Of a DNA stretch of 64,000 nt, positions 1 through 13,819 are shown piece by piece (the first letter of the stretch is position 1; every line of letters starts with the position of its first letter). Below the pieces are notes generated by a model. That model did no database searches, was not told the origin of the DNA, and worked only from the letters and a program-made list of their open reading frames with translations. This DNA comes from Lama glama (lineage: Eukaryota), in assembly GCA_028534125.1 (NCBI GenBank), contig CM052816.1, forward strand, positions 45,200,001 to 45,264,000, read 5' to 3'. Made by a program: the position numbers and the translations under genes.

Positions 1-572
1 CGGGACTCCACCTCAGACAGCATAGCAAGCCCAAGTTGTCACCTCTGCTTCTGACTAACAGGCTATAGACTAGAGGTTCCTACGATCCTCTCCTTTGGGT
101 AAAATTAATTTGCTCGAGTGGCTCAAAGGAGTCAGAGAAACATTTTACTTACTGGGTCACAGGTTTATGATAAAAGGATAAAAGTCAGGAACAGCCAGAT
201 GGAGAGACTCACAGGGAAAGGTATGCGGAAAGGTCATGGAACTTCCACACTCTCTCCAGGAGCACCCATTCTCCCCTTCTCCTACACTCACCAACGCAGA
301 ATGCAATTCGAACACTCGCCTTTTGGGCTTTTAAAGGAGGCTTCATTACGCAGGTAAGATTGATTAAATCATCAGCAGATAGTGATTAGCTCAACCTGTA
401 AACCCTTACCCCTCCCTGCGTTCATCCTTAGGTGGGAGTGGGGGTGGGTCGGTCAAGTACGTCATTAACATAACAAAAGACACATTTCACTCTTCTCACT
501 AAAGGAGCTCTGTGCTGGAAATGGGATGAAGACCAAATATATATATTTCTCATTATAAATCACAATATCACA
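1..572 (-). mobile_element. MER21-like solo LTR, truncated by the window edge
   Basis: Ends ...gaccaaatatatatatttctcattataaatcacaatatcaca, the reverse complement of the recalled MER21 5' end. Clearly homologous to the opposite-strand copy at 42.4-43.2 kb. Confidence 0.75.
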
Positions 573-671
573 CTCTACCTCACTTTGATGAATTGTACAA
601 TGCAATCAATCAAAGAATAAGAATTGAGTACTGGCTCAAAGGTAAATCTGAAGATGTCATTAAAAAAATTA

Positions 672-1218
672 ATGGCAGCTTTAAAAACACGTTCACAAAT
701 TCTTTGATATTTCTTCTTTTATGAGGTGGACCCTAATTTCCCTCTTCTTGAGGACAGTTTTAATGACTTGCTTCTAACCAACAAAATAAAGCAGAAGTTG
801 TGATGTGAGACTTTGGAGATGTAGGTCATACAAAAGCATTGTGGTGCGCTCGCTCTTTCCCCCTCATGAGTGCACACCACTCACACCAGGGAGAAGAGTT
901 GAAATCCATTAGGACACTCAGGCAGCCCTGCACAGCACACATTGTGATGAACTGAGGCCGTCTGCCAACTGCAGTCTGAGGGAGCCACCTTGAAAGTGGA
1001 TCCCATAGGTCCAGTTAACCCATCAGATGACTTCTCATGAAATTGCAGCTCTCATTGACAGCTTGACTGTAACCTCTGGAGATTCCTTGAGCCAGAAGCT
1101 CCTTGCTAAGCTGCTCCCAGATTCCTGACCCTCAGAAATTGTGTGAGATAATAGATGTGCATTGTTTTAAGATGTTAAGCTTTTGTGTAATTTGTTATGT
1201 GGCAACAGGTAACTATTA
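672..1218 (+). mobile_element. MaLR LTR (MLT1F-like)
   Basis: Typical MLT1 3' end: cccagattcctgaccctcagaaattgtgtgagataat...tgttttaag...taatttgttatgtggcaacaggtaacta. Confidence 0.75.
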
Positions 1219-1444
1219 TGGTAATACGTGATCCCTGGCCTCCACAAGTTTGCAATGCAGTTGGAGAAGTAGGTTGCAGCACAAAAAACGTTACAAACCA
1301 GGAAAGGCTCTAAATATTCTATCATATGAAGAGGACTGCTATATAGTAGAACCAGAGGATGATATCCACATTATAGTTTTTCTGAATTGAGTGCCTTAAA
1401 AGCTACGCAATTCAGAGCTTATGTAGCAGCACAGAACAGTGGAT

Positions 1445-1468
1445 TAGATAGATAGATAGATAGACAGA
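1445..1468 (+). repeat. (TAGA)n microsatellite
   Basis: tagatagatagatagatagacaga seen directly. Confidence 0.85.
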
Positions 1469-3515
1469 TTTAGGGGGCTATAGATAGACAGATATTTAAG
1501 TAGATAGATGAGCCACGTCTTTGGCACATCTACCTTCCTCGTGGTTGTGACTTGTTTGAGGAGGCCAATGATACAACTAGTACATTAACCTGGATCTTTA
1601 CGTAGCTCATTGAGATTACACATAACATGCTACTAAAGCTTACAGTCGGATTAATAAAAAATTTTAGTTAAGGTGGTTGATTAATCATTGTGCAAGCTTA
1701 CTCTCCCAGGCATTCATGCTAACATTGTTCTTGACATTGTTTATTACCATATATTGTGTTTTCCTTGAACTGTCCTAGGAGTGAACCTTAAATCCTGGTT
1801 TGTATGAAATGACCCAGCCCCTGCCAAAGCTGACTGCATTAGAGGTTGACAACCTGATTCAGACTGGAGCAACCTGAGATTCATGAGCAGGCATTAAGAA
1901 CTGGGACTTGGTTGAGGTACTTTCTTAAATGGAGGACAGGTTGGTGTATATTGTCAGCCACATTTTCTTCCACTTCTACCCAGGCAGCACAGAAATCTAG
2001 TCTGAAGAGGGAGAGACAGAGTTCCATAGCACGACCTGGAATTTTATAATAAATTGTCAATTTCCCCTTATCACTGAAGCTGGTTACAGGTGGACATTTC
2101 TGCAACCAAAAAAAAAAAGTCTATCACACAATTCATGCTACAGTTTAGATTTATTAACATTAAAAATGATTTGAACTTTCTCTATTGCATATTATAACAA
2201 GGTCCCAATGGTAGAGCATCTATTCTTTTTCACTTTAAATGATTTTTTTTCCTAAATTGAATAACTTCCCAGAAAAATGGCACAAGTGAAAGAATTTATA
2301 AACAACATCTGTCTAGCTCATGTTATTGGTTATTTGTGTAAAAATTTGTCTTATTACTCATGTAAGATTTTTTTTTTTTTTTACCCTTTGGAAAAGAATA
2401 TGATTTCCTGCAAGTAAAAGAGCCAGGGAAATTTTTTTATTCTGATCTGTTTCTTCACTTTTAATTGTAATACCTGCTATTGCCCCATTCAGCCAAGAAA
2501 AGTCTAACTTGGTGTAAAGCTTTAGAATAATGTTGATTAAAAGAATTATCAATAGCAACAATAAACCAATTTAAGTCAAAAGGACTGTTAAATTCCCGTA
2601 AGTTATTGAAGAGATACAGATAAAGAAGTTAGTAAGACAAACCCAAACAAAGTTTGAAAAGCAATAACGTGCCGTATGAAGAAAATGTACGGCCTCCCAC
2701 CATTTATTTTTCCAGCAGTGTTTGTTTTGGGTGATTCTGAATTCCAGAAGAGCAGTGAGGTCTTTTCATCATGAGTTTTTTTTTTTTTTTTTCCCTTTTG
2801 TTTCAGGGGAAGAAACATATCTATCTGGTTTACTAGTGACGTCCAATGTCAGATTGTTTTTCGGAGTATTTCAACTCGTCTTTGGGTCATTGACCTCAGG
2901 TTTGAAAACTGCCGTTTCCTCGGGCAGCTCGCTCTCTGCGGCGCCTCTTTCACAACTCGTGTTTAGCCCCAGGCCACCTGTTCCGGCACCGTGGATTTAC
3001 CTCCTCCTCTCAGGGAGTTTTGAAGGACTGTAAACAGGTACAAGGGTATCGAGAATTATCATGTTAGTCTTTTATGGAAAACTTTTAAGTTCTTATTTCA
3101 ACTTCTAGCTTCTCTAGAATTTTCATTACAGCCATTTTCATTGTTTCTTACTCTTCATATTAATGGTTCCCCTTGGTGGCTGGTGATTCTATTGGCTTAT
3201 TTCTCCCTCATTATTCAGTCGTTACAAACACTGATGGGATCAGCACAATCTGCAGCAAGGATATTAACTTTGGAAGCATTTGATTCCTACCTGGAACGTG
3301 AAGTACAGTAGTGAGGGCTGGCAGGAAGTAATGTACTAGGATTGGGGGAAGAATAGCGCTGGGTGAGTTAAAATGATGGTGCCAGAGAGGTGAGACAGAG
3401 AGGGCATCAGGGTGGCTGGGGCAGCAGGAGGAGTGTGTGCATGAAAACATGCCCTAGGTAAGGGTTGGTCGCCTGGGGTGGTGTGATTACAGAAAGAACT
3501 GAGACGTTCTCTACA

Positions 3516-3888
3516 TGGTGTAGGCTTTTGGTGTTTACCTATATCTGCTCCTCATGGCACACAATTCAGCATATTTCCTAACTCCTCTTGTACCTAGAAA
3601 GGGTCATGTGACTGAGTTCTGGCCAATGAATTTCTAGTTCTGATCACCACAAGCCCCATAAAGATTTCCACTCTATTTCTCAGGCCATCCTGCTAAAAAG
3701 GAAGGATTCTGATGGTCTGAAAGATGATGCTACCATAAGATAGAAGGAGCTGGGACTCCTGAGTCATTGCTTGGAGGGGACGTATATTGGATCTTGCAAA
3801 ACAAGAAATAAACTTAAATTCTGTTAAGCCACTGAAAGTTGGGATTTGTTTCTTACAGTAGCTAGCATTAATTATCCTGGCTAATGTA
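3516..3888 (+). mobile_element. MaLR LTR (MLT1J/H-like)
   Basis: Contains ggtcatgtgactgagttctggccaatg and the end motif aagaaataaact...gttaagccactga...ttgtttcttacagtagc. Confidence 0.65.
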
Positions 3889-5084
3889 GTGTCTCTTTGG
3901 TTATGATACTGTCTTTGATGTTGCCACAGCCAGAGAATAAAGAAAGGAATAAAAAAGCAGGAAAATACTGCTCAGAGACAGAGTTTCTGAGGTGGGTGGG
4001 ACGAGGAACAAGAGAAAGCAGATGGCAGTGGGCATAGAGGGCCTCCAGAGACAGAAAACATTTTGTGGATGTACTGACCTAACTTTAGAACTGAGCAGGA
4101 CCCCTCTAAGTGGACCTCCATTTGTAGAAGTAGACTGACATATTTCTGACAACTATAATTAAAACAATGTGTATTTCATACAACTGTAAGTGAAGCACAT
4201 ATACTGTTTATTTAAAAATATAAAATAGGAAACATGAAAGAACAAGTACAAAGTTCTTAAATATATATTGAAAAGATCTTTTAGAATGCTGAAGTGTGCT
4301 ACATGTATTTCAAAACTCCATGGAGAGACACAGGAGAGGCGGGAGGCTCTGGGTTTGCTGAGTGGAGGGTGCTGTGAGGATGGGCACTGTATGTGGAGAA
4401 TGTTTGGATCGTGTGCAATTAAATATGAAGCATGTTGGGCCTGGGAGTCTGGAGAAAGTGGCAGGAGAGGTTAGTTTTTCCCTTTGCTTTTTAGTACTTA
4501 AATACAGTGACTTGAAAGTCAGTTTCTATGCAACAAAAATATTTAGTGATCAGATTTGGAACAGTCACTTGAAATTTCCAAACATCTGAAGGGGTGAAAA
4601 ATTAAAGCTAATATTTCCTTTGAAATACAGCAGAGTTTTTTTTTTTTTTCCTGAAACATGGAATAAATTCCAAAGTCTGAAATAATACCCAAAATGTTCA
4701 CTCACCAGTGAATGACCACCAAATAGATGTATCTTCAAAGTATGCTAACTTGGTGGCACCCATTGCTTGAGATAAAAGGACTCCTTTGTTTCTCCTAAAA
4801 CCTGCCAGTGACAGACCTTTCCTGTGGATTGAGGCTTCCCTTTCCTTTCCCCACTTCTTTTCCACACCCCAGTTCAAGATTTGCTTGGCTGAGAGGGAAG
4901 TCTAAGAATTTATGAATAGAGACCCTGCAGGCTCGCGTGCCCATGGCTCCAGTGGTCTCGAGGCTCCTGGTGGTCCTTGTGAGTCAATCATGTGGCCGCC
5001 TAATATTATCTATGGAGCAGACTGAAAGCATGTCATTGCCACGAGGAACAGGGTGTTCAAGATCCTCAGACTAAAAATCTCACT

Positions 5085-5437
5085 AGCCAAGGGTGGGGGT
5101 AGGTGGGGGTAGGTGGGGGAGAGAGAAACAGGTAGAGCACAGAGGATTTCCAGGGCAGTGAAATACTATGTATGATTTAATAATGGTGATTACAACATTA
5201 TATATTTGTCCAAACTCAGAGACTGACAACACCAAGAGGGAGCCGTAAGGTAAACTTCAGATATTGGATGGTTATGATGTGTCAAGTAGGTTCATCAATT
5301 GTAACAAATGTACCATTCTGGGAAGTGATACTGATAATGGTGGAGGCTGTGCACTGTCAGAGCAGGCGGTTCATGGAAATCTCTGTGCCTTCCTCTCAAT
5401 TTTGTTGTAAACTAAAACTGCTCTAAAAATGATCTTT
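5085..5437 (+). mobile_element. L1 3' UTR fragment (L1MC-like)
   Basis: gtaggttcatcaattgtaacaaatgtacca...atggaaatctctgtgccttcctctcaattttgttgtaaactaaaactgctctaaaa resembles recalled L1MC 3' ends. Confidence 0.7.
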
Positions 5438-5649
5438 AAGAAGAACTCACTAGCTATAATTATTTTACTAGAAACTGAGCAAAAAAAAAAAAAGGTGTCT
5501 TAAACACCACCTGTGCTAAATTCAGGGCTGAAATAATTTCCAACAAGCTATATATTTTTTCTGACTTTAAAGATAACATATTCTTTGTAGAAAAACACAC
5601 AAAAACCAAAGAAAAAGTTGAAAATCTCTGGACACTATTAATAACTTTT

Positions 5650-5815
5650 TATATACGTGTATCTGTGTATTTGTGCATCTGTAAAGATATGTGTAAAGAT
5701 ATATTTACATTCCAAATGTAATATATAAATGTATATGTTATGTATTTATATACACTTAATATATAAATGTATATTTACATATTTATATGTATTTGCATAT
5801 ATGTAAATATATAGA
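5650..5815. repeat. AT-rich (TA/TG) low-complexity tract
   Basis: Degenerate atat/gtat repeats seen directly. Confidence 0.8.
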
Positions 5816-7824
5816 CTTTTACTGTATAACTTTGTTAGCCATAAATTTTGATTTGTATTATAAAAGTTGTCTTATTTATTCACTACTATTTTTAAGACAC
5901 TCTAAAAATATTCTCTCAAGTGACTTCATAAGAGTTTTCTTCCTACATTTATTTTCACTCTCCAAAAAATCTGAACCATAGAAAGGCGTGTATACTTTGT
6001 AAATTTCTAATTTTACCACTTTTACATTTTTCTTTAAAATAAATGATATTCCCTTCTTTGAAATGAAGCTTTAGCATTAGCAGGGAGAACTGTGAACTAT
6101 AAACCGTCAACATCATGGAAAGGAAGCTTATTAAATCTTTAATTGTGTGTATTTTTCGCCTACCATGAGCATCTGAACTGCCATGGGGCAGGGGTCATTT
6201 TAGAAGCCATATTTTAAGAAGTCTACCTATTTGGTAGTAAATTTAATAGTTTGGGCCATTGTCTGATTCTTTTACAGTCCTTGAAGGGTCAGTTATTACC
6301 TGAGGGGAATCAGTGGTCTCTCTGTTTTTCCCATAACGAAAATGATAAATGATAAACCATTTCAGTGGTTTCCTATTTCATTGGAAACCTTGGTGCTCTC
6401 AAAATCTATTTATAAAGAATGCTCACATCAGTCACTTGTAAAATATGTGATGACACGCTGGGCTTAGTTTTTACTTTTCCTTGAAGCAGGCAGAGTGTGA
6501 GCAATTCCCCACTCTGCTTCATGTTACACTGTTCAGTCCTACAACAGAAAGCAACTATTGTTTATTCCAAAAGCCATACAGATCTCGGTTTCTCCAGATT
6601 ATACCGTATGACAACTGGAATCGAGTTGATGAAATGCGTGAAATTTATTATATATCCAGTCAGCATTTCTCTACTCTGAAGGTCTAAGTCTTCAGTAACC
6701 ATGATTAGGAGAAGATGTGGAAGCAAAGAGAAGTACAAATCACTGAAGTTAAAAGGCTTGTCATCTTTAAAGTCTCTAATTTGTGGTCTCAGTGTTATTT
6801 ACTGTGATGTAAATCCTGCGAAGAATTGTTCTCCAAGGACAACAAAAGCAGTCAGATAGTTTAAATGCCGAAAATGAAGGAATCATTTAATTCCAAATGG
6901 ACAACCTTGTATTCTAGAGAGAGTATTTGAGCAAAATACAAAATCCACTGAACTTTGCCTATAAACTTCTGTTGTTCTGATGAGATAGGAAATATATCAT
7001 CTCAAGTGTGGGACCATGAAACCCAGAAAAGTGTATAGTTGTATGTGTTTTAATAGAAAAGATAAGCTGCTCTCTTTGTAGAAACGAAGCAGCATCTGAG
7101 TTGACTTACACGTAATCACCACATTTTAAATCTAATAGAGTTTTAGAAAATATTGGGCGTTTGCAAAGGAAGCTTTTCAGAACAATCATTTAGTGAATAA
7201 TTCAACCTCTTAGTAAGATGACCTTTAAGCAAAATAGGCCGACATTAATCTAGAGTTGTACCATTTTCCAACCTTTCAGTAAATCTTTTGCGTTCCAGAT
7301 TTGTCAAGTATCTTACAGTGCTTGTGTCTTTTACTCCTTGACTTAAATATTTGCATTTCAAAAGAAATCCAACTTATCTTATCTTTAAGGCATGTTCAAT
7401 TCCTACCTTAATTCTAGTAACTACATTTACTTGTGACCCTTCAAAAAATACATTTCTCCACCTGACTGGGATTCATTCATTTTATTGTTTGCTCTTAATG
7501 TTTTCACTCATTTCTTTCATTGTTTGCTCTATTATAAAAATCCAGTATATGTTCTATACATTTTTCTTTAGTTGTAGAGTATAGAGTTGGTCATATTTAT
7601 TTGCATAAGTTCTTTCATATTCAGGAAAGTAATTTCCTTTCTAGAGTTTTCTAGCTATTAGCAAGCAGAGTCTGTCTACTGGTCTGAATGTCAAAGGAAA
7701 CTGACCACTGTGTAAATAAAATAAATTATTCTTAAACTACCATGAATAATTGTTTGGACTTGTAAACTTGTTAACCTCTAACAAGTACTTCAGACTACCT
7801 ATAGTTTGCAGATTTTGTGTTTAT

Positions 7825-7898
7825 GAGAGAGAAAGAGAGAAAAGAGAAGAGGAAGGGAAGGGAGGGAGGGGGAGGGGAAGAGGGGAAGGTGGGGAGAG
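7825..7898 (+). repeat. Polypurine (GA-rich) tract
   Basis: About 70 nt of nearly pure A/G with several G runs. Confidence 0.85.
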
Positions 7899-7995
7899 TA
7901 TCACAAAACTTCCTGTCTTGAGGAGAGACCAAAAATATTCATCCCATCTTGCCTCTTGCCTCAACTATATATAAAAATACATTAAAAATAAATTT

Positions 7996-8140
7996 CTTCA
8001 ATATCTTGTAATAACCTTCAGTGAATATGAAAATGAATATACATATGTATATGCATGACTGGGACATTGTGCTGTTCACCAGAAGTTGACACATTGTAAC
8101 TTCAATTTTTTAAAAAGCCACATGACAATTAAAAAAAAAT
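7996..8140 (+). mobile_element. Short lineage-type L1 3' end
   Basis: caatatcttgtaataacct...gacacattgtaact followed by an A-rich tail; homologous to the L1 ends at 15.3, 45.6 and 61.8 kb. Confidence 0.7.
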
Positions 8141-10779
8141 TCAAAAAACTTTCCCATTTTGCCAAAAATACAAATTATATTGGGAACACTTACCTTTGAG
8201 TGTCTTTCTACCTCATCTACGCTGAAGCTAAATTTAACGTGGGTGAAAATCCTAGAAGACAGAAAAGACCCATTGCTCTCCACTCCCCTGAAGGCAGTAA
8301 GTAATGGAACGGGTATTTATTAAATGATTTTCTAAAAATCCAGTATTGAATATATAACCTATATTTCAACTCTCAGTGGGGAGGGTATAGGAAGGAATTG
8401 TGTTAGGAAAAAGTTATCTGGTATTTCCATGTACAAAGTGTGTATGAAAACAACTCGTGAGGTGAGAAGAATATACTGATCATTTTGGCTCCTTACTTGC
8501 TGTGACCAGGATCAGCACTCAGAAGTGGGGACTTTCTGGTTCTTGAATATCCCCAAGCAAGGGATGCACAAACACAGGTGCTGGCACGGGGGCGGGGCTG
8601 AGGTGGGAGGGGAGAGATTCTCCTTCTGGGCTGTGGATCTCCAACCTCAACCTCGTCTCTGGGGACTGAGGACTTTACTCTGTGAATTACTCAGAGTGAC
8701 TGCAAACTCTTAACAGTGCCTCCAATCCAGCGGCTACTCTGATCTCAGTGTCAACATCTCTGGGTTAAGGAGTAACTGCAACATTCTAGAGCTGCTATTA
8801 GTCTTAAGCAAACCCTGGTAATGGGATAAAAACACAAAGAAAAACCTATTTTTTTTACTGCTCCGCTCTCCTTGCTTGGCTCTGTGTAGCCTCTAATCCA
8901 TGCCGTGGCACCCGAGTCTACATATCATCTCCAGCAGCTTAATCATCATCAGGTGGTGAGGAGAACTGGCTGAACATCACACATCTCCATTGTTTTGTCT
9001 ATTTCTTCTTTCTTTTTGATGAGCGGGCAGGTGCACCTCATCTTACTATAAGCCAATCTTTTATAGAATCCTTATTTATAATCAGACTTTCCAACATGAG
9101 AGTGAAAAATGTGACATACTTTATCTAAATACATGGTTTTAATCTAAATGTTCAGAAATACTTCCTTATATAAAATAAGTGTGCCTGTATGAGGAAAAGG
9201 GGAAACGGTAAATAGGAAGATGAAGGGTAAAGATCCAAAACCTTCTTTACTACGTGATCATTCTCACACAGTAAGACACAAAGGGAGATTTTGTAGAATT
9301 CAACAAATGTTTTTTCTCTCCTTCAAAATATTTTATACTGTTCTAGTTTATAGAGTTTTAAAATACCTAGACCAAAGATAAATCCAAATAAAATCTGTTC
9401 CTCTGTTCATCCTTCCAATCTGGCAATTCTGTTGTATATTCTATAGCATCTACCTTGACAAATTGTGATTTTAAGCAATCTATCAATTATTTTTTGCTCC
9501 CTTTAAAATGTTTATTCCTTTAAAAAATTAGTTGCTTTTTCAAACATATATTTTGTCCTTTGCCAGAGAGAGTCTACCTTCCACAGTTCAGTCTTTATCT
9601 TGGAGACTGGCAAGAAGGAACAACTTTGACCCATAATTCTTTGGCTTGTCTTGAGAAAGTACAATATGGCTGGAAAGGTCTTGTCTCTTATCAGTAATTA
9701 GTCCCTAGCAGTGTGGAATAGAGAGGCACTGCTCAGTTATGAAGATGATAGTGTGTTCTTCTGAACCTTGGACACTAACAATTAATCTGGTAGACACTGA
9801 CTTCTTAGCTTCAGAGTACAATTAGTCTTATTCACTTGGCTCACTAAGATTAGAAATCATATGTTATCTAGGTTTGAGTGTTACAATGCATACTGTTATT
9901 TTAAATATATTTAGTATAGGCATCATGAATCAACCATGAAATGACAAATACATACTTCTTTGACTTCCTCCTGTGGAGCCAGATAAGTACGAGAAAGACT
10001 GTAGATTATAACCCTTTGGTTACAAAATACTCATGCATATGTAATTTCCCACAAAAACCCTTATGACTAGCAGGTCATGGAATAATAATGAGATATGGAG
10101 AGTAAATATCACCTCTTATTGTCTATTTCCTCCTGGTTTGGCCTCCTCCTTGCCCAGTAATCCTTAGAAAAAACCATCCTAGTTTGAAACCTGCTATATA
10201 GAATACTGCCAAAATGAAAATAACAAGTTTTTCATGGGTCGTCAGTGGTTTTCAAACCTCCTTGGATGACTAGGAAGCAGAATGAATTACATATATAATT
10301 CAACAAATTACAGCTTTGGAAATGAAAGCTGTTGGTAACGTGAGGATGCTACGACATCTGATTTGTGCAGTATTGCCATTCACTTGGATTTTTAAGGGCC
10401 AAACAACTGTAACTAAATCTACAAAAGATCAAGAAAAAACACGCTCTGATTTAGCTAAGAGGATGAAGATGATTTTTTTTTCAGTTGAACAAGTGTTTAC
10501 TGGGCATCAGTTTTGTTCCAGGCATTGTCTTAGGTGCTCAGGACACCAGAAGGAGTAAGACAGAGTTGTTACTCTCCAGGAGCTTACAGTCTAGTGGAGA
10601 GTTCTCATTTGGGGTTCTACAGATGACATCTGAGGTTCTGCAAGGGTTAAGCAGAAGTTCCAGAAGAGACTGTAAAACATTTAAAAAACGGTTTCAACTT
10701 CCTTCTCCATGCAATGCCAGCATTTGCAGGGAAGATGAGTGATCAAACAATCCTGTTAACAATTTAAAAAACTGTTTCA

Positions 10780-11060
10780 TTTTATTGTGGTTAAGAACAC
10801 TTCAGATGAGACCTACCCTCTTGACAAAATTTTAAGTGCACAATCTGGTATTGTTGGCTGCAGGTACAATACTGAAGAGCTTGTTCATCTTGCTTAACTG
10901 AAGCTTTATGTTCATTGATTAATAACTTTCCACTTCTCCCTGCCCTCAGCCCCACGCAGCCACCATTCCACACTTGGATTCTATAAATTTGACTATTTTA
11001 CATACCCCATAAGTGGAGTCATGCAGTATTTGTCTTTCTGTCACTGGCTCATTTTACCTA
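10780..11060 (-). mobile_element. L1MA-like 3' terminal segment (non-inverted part of a 5'-inverted L1)
   Basis: Reverse complement begins taggtaaaatgagccagtgacagaaagacaaatactgcatga and runs to gtgttcttaaccacaataaaa. Confidence 0.8.
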
Positions 11061-11734
11061 CAAGAGAGTGAAAAGGCAACCAATGGGATGGGAGAAAATA
11101 TTTACAAACCATGTATCTGATAAAAAATTAATCTTCAAAATATAAGGAACTCCTACAACTCAATAGCAAAAAAACCTAATAACATGGTTAAAAAAAAACG
11201 GGCTAAGGACTTAAACAGACGTTTCTCCAAAGAAGACATACAAATGGCCAACAGGTATATGCAAAAATGCTGAATGTCACTAATCATCAGGAAAATGCAA
11301 ATCAAGACCACAATGAAATACCACCTCACACTTGTCAGAATGGTTATTATTAAAAAAACAAAAAATAAGCGTTGACGAGGATGTGGAGAAATCAGAACCC
11401 TTGCACACTGTTAGTGGGAATGCAAAATAGCACAGCCACAATGGAAAACACTATGAAGGTTCCTCAAAAAAAAAAAAAAGAACAAGCCTATGATCCAGCA
11501 ATCTCACTTCTGGGTATTTACCCAAAAGGACTGAAGTCAGTACCTCAAAGATAGTGCAATCCCATGTTCACTGTAGCATCATCCACAATAGCCAAGACAC
11601 AGAAACAACCCAAATGTCCATCAGCAGATGACTGGATAAAGAACATGTGGTGTCCGTACAATGAAATACTATTCAGCCTTAAAAAAAGAAGAAAATTCTG
11701 CAATATGCGACCCCATGGACGAACCCTGAGGACA
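11061..11734 (+). mobile_element. L1 ORF2 3' region (inverted part of the same L1)
   Basis: Canonical L1 ORF2 3' sequence (gggagaaaatatttacaaaccat, ctccaaagaagacatacaaatggccaacag, tatgatccagcaatctcacttctgggtattta). Confidence 0.85.
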
Positions 11735-13819
11735 AAGATAACGTTTTAAAAGAAGAAACCGTCATCTACTAGACAATATCTGTCTACTATCTGATAGGAT
11801 AGAACACTTAGGAAAGGAACCATAATGCCTTTGATGGTTCTTGAGCAGCTTTCTCATTTGTTTTAGTGAACTCACCTCCTGGAAGTCATTTATTAAACAA
11901 TTACTACTACCCTCCTGTAATGCAGCCAAGTCTTCAAAACGATTTTGATGGATGTGCAGACTAGGGATATGTACTGTGGGGCAGAATGATAGACAGTGTC
12001 ACATATTGCATGAATCAGCTTTTCAAAATATCTTTTTATCATGTATTGTAAGCTGTAATAGAAATTGTTATTATCATGCTTTTCCTTGCTTTGAGTACCC
12101 AGAATTCTTTTTATTAATCTCTCTCCTTTTCATTCTCTCACACTCATATATATACCCTAACCTTGCAAATACATATAATCAAATAAGTGAAGTTGAAATG
12201 ATTTGCATTGCCTTTTACCTTCCTTCTTGTTACAAAACAAATGCTATCAATACATTCCTAAATTTAAAAAATGATCAAATTTGCGCTTTTGCTCACAGAC
12301 TCCTAAAGGCTAATTGCAGGAAAAAGCATAGTCTACCCCGCTTAAATGGGAATCCTTTCATCTGTTAGAAAACAGTGAGTCTTACTTTTTCTCACAAGAT
12401 TAACATACCTTTTCCTGCCCTGAAAGTGCTCACAGTTTCCTTGAGTTGAGTCCTTTTTAGGGACTTCAGCTCTAACCTTGGTGCTCACAGCACAGTCCAA
12501 GCTGTTGGGCCCCACTGCTGGGTCCCTGGCGGGGGCAGTGCTCCCAGGAACCAAGGCAGCAGTGCCTGACAACTGCACCCCACTGTCATAGATGGTGGGA
12601 AGCAGGGTTATTCTCCATTTGCTTCTTTTCCTGAAACCATGTAATTACTTCAGTAAAAGATGTTTATTAACTATAATTGTTAAACTCTTTTATCTTCAGT
12701 GTAGTAATTTCATAATTAAGGGGGTTGCTAAACTTGTCAGGTGATTTGAATAGTTACAGACCACAATAAAAAAAAAGGAACTATTTTCTTAAAAACGTTG
12801 CGCATGTATTCATTGTACATGCTAGCTAGTATGTGTTATACTTCAACAAATTGTCTGGGGTTTTCAAAATTTTTGTAAAGGTGAGTTTGGTTTTCTATTG
12901 TAGTACTGAAAATACTTTTATGAGAGAAAAGTTTGGGTAGATGAGATGTATTGGATAATAATATCAATGTACCAACTAAATCTTATTAATAAGAATATCA
13001 CTCAGCTTTATTTTACTAGTCAGTCAACAAGACTGGAAGAAATTTAAGATAATGGAAGAGTTCCTAGCCTCAGTCACTTCATCCACTCTTTAAGTGATAC
13101 TTACAGGCCACATGGTCCTTCAACTCACATCCTGCTAGAGCAGTACTGGGGAACTGGGTCTGTGCCATTAATTAAAAACCACATGAAACACAGGAATGCC
13201 CTTGTTGCTTTCTCTGTTCTCACCAAGGTCAGGCTTGAGGAAATCCACTCTGGCATCCGGCTGCTTTGAAAAAGTCAACATCCCCTACTTATCTGATTGA
13301 GACCTACCCTCAAACAGATCTACCCTGAGGTCTGAAGGCTAAACTCAAGGCAGATCTTAAGTGCTGGTAAACACAAGGCCAAGTTGTTTGGCAGTTATAT
13401 TCTTGAATGGCATTTTCTTTTCCCAGTCCTACTCCCATTATGTTTAAACTTCTCGGGTCAAATTTGGGAAACATGGCAGTATTAGTTAAACCCTACAACA
13501 CCTCGAGAGATTGAAAACCAACTCAAAGCTACAGTTTCAGAGTGAATTTTTTTCTGTGTTTTGCTTACTAAGATTTTCATGTGCCTGGTCTCCCATCTTA
13601 GTTGGAATTCCAAGAGCCCTGCTGCTCCACCATACCTCAACTGCACACCTGTTTGCACTTGCATCCAAATTAGGATTTAACATTCTTGGGGGAAAAAAGT
13701 TGGGGAAAAAAACTAAAACAGAAACAAATTTTTAAAAAATCACAAAAATGCTGAAGCACAGACATTTCCCATGGAAATATTAGGTGTCTACCAACAGAGA
13801 AAAGAAAATGTCATGGAGA

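Noticed and set aside
5770..5811. 13-bp inverted repeat (also the tatactaattagtata palindrome near 40235)
   Set aside because: Expected by chance in AT-rich low-complexity sequence.
12520..12545. CTCF-like motif cctggcgggggcag
   Set aside because: Three mismatches in the core; too weak without ChIP data.
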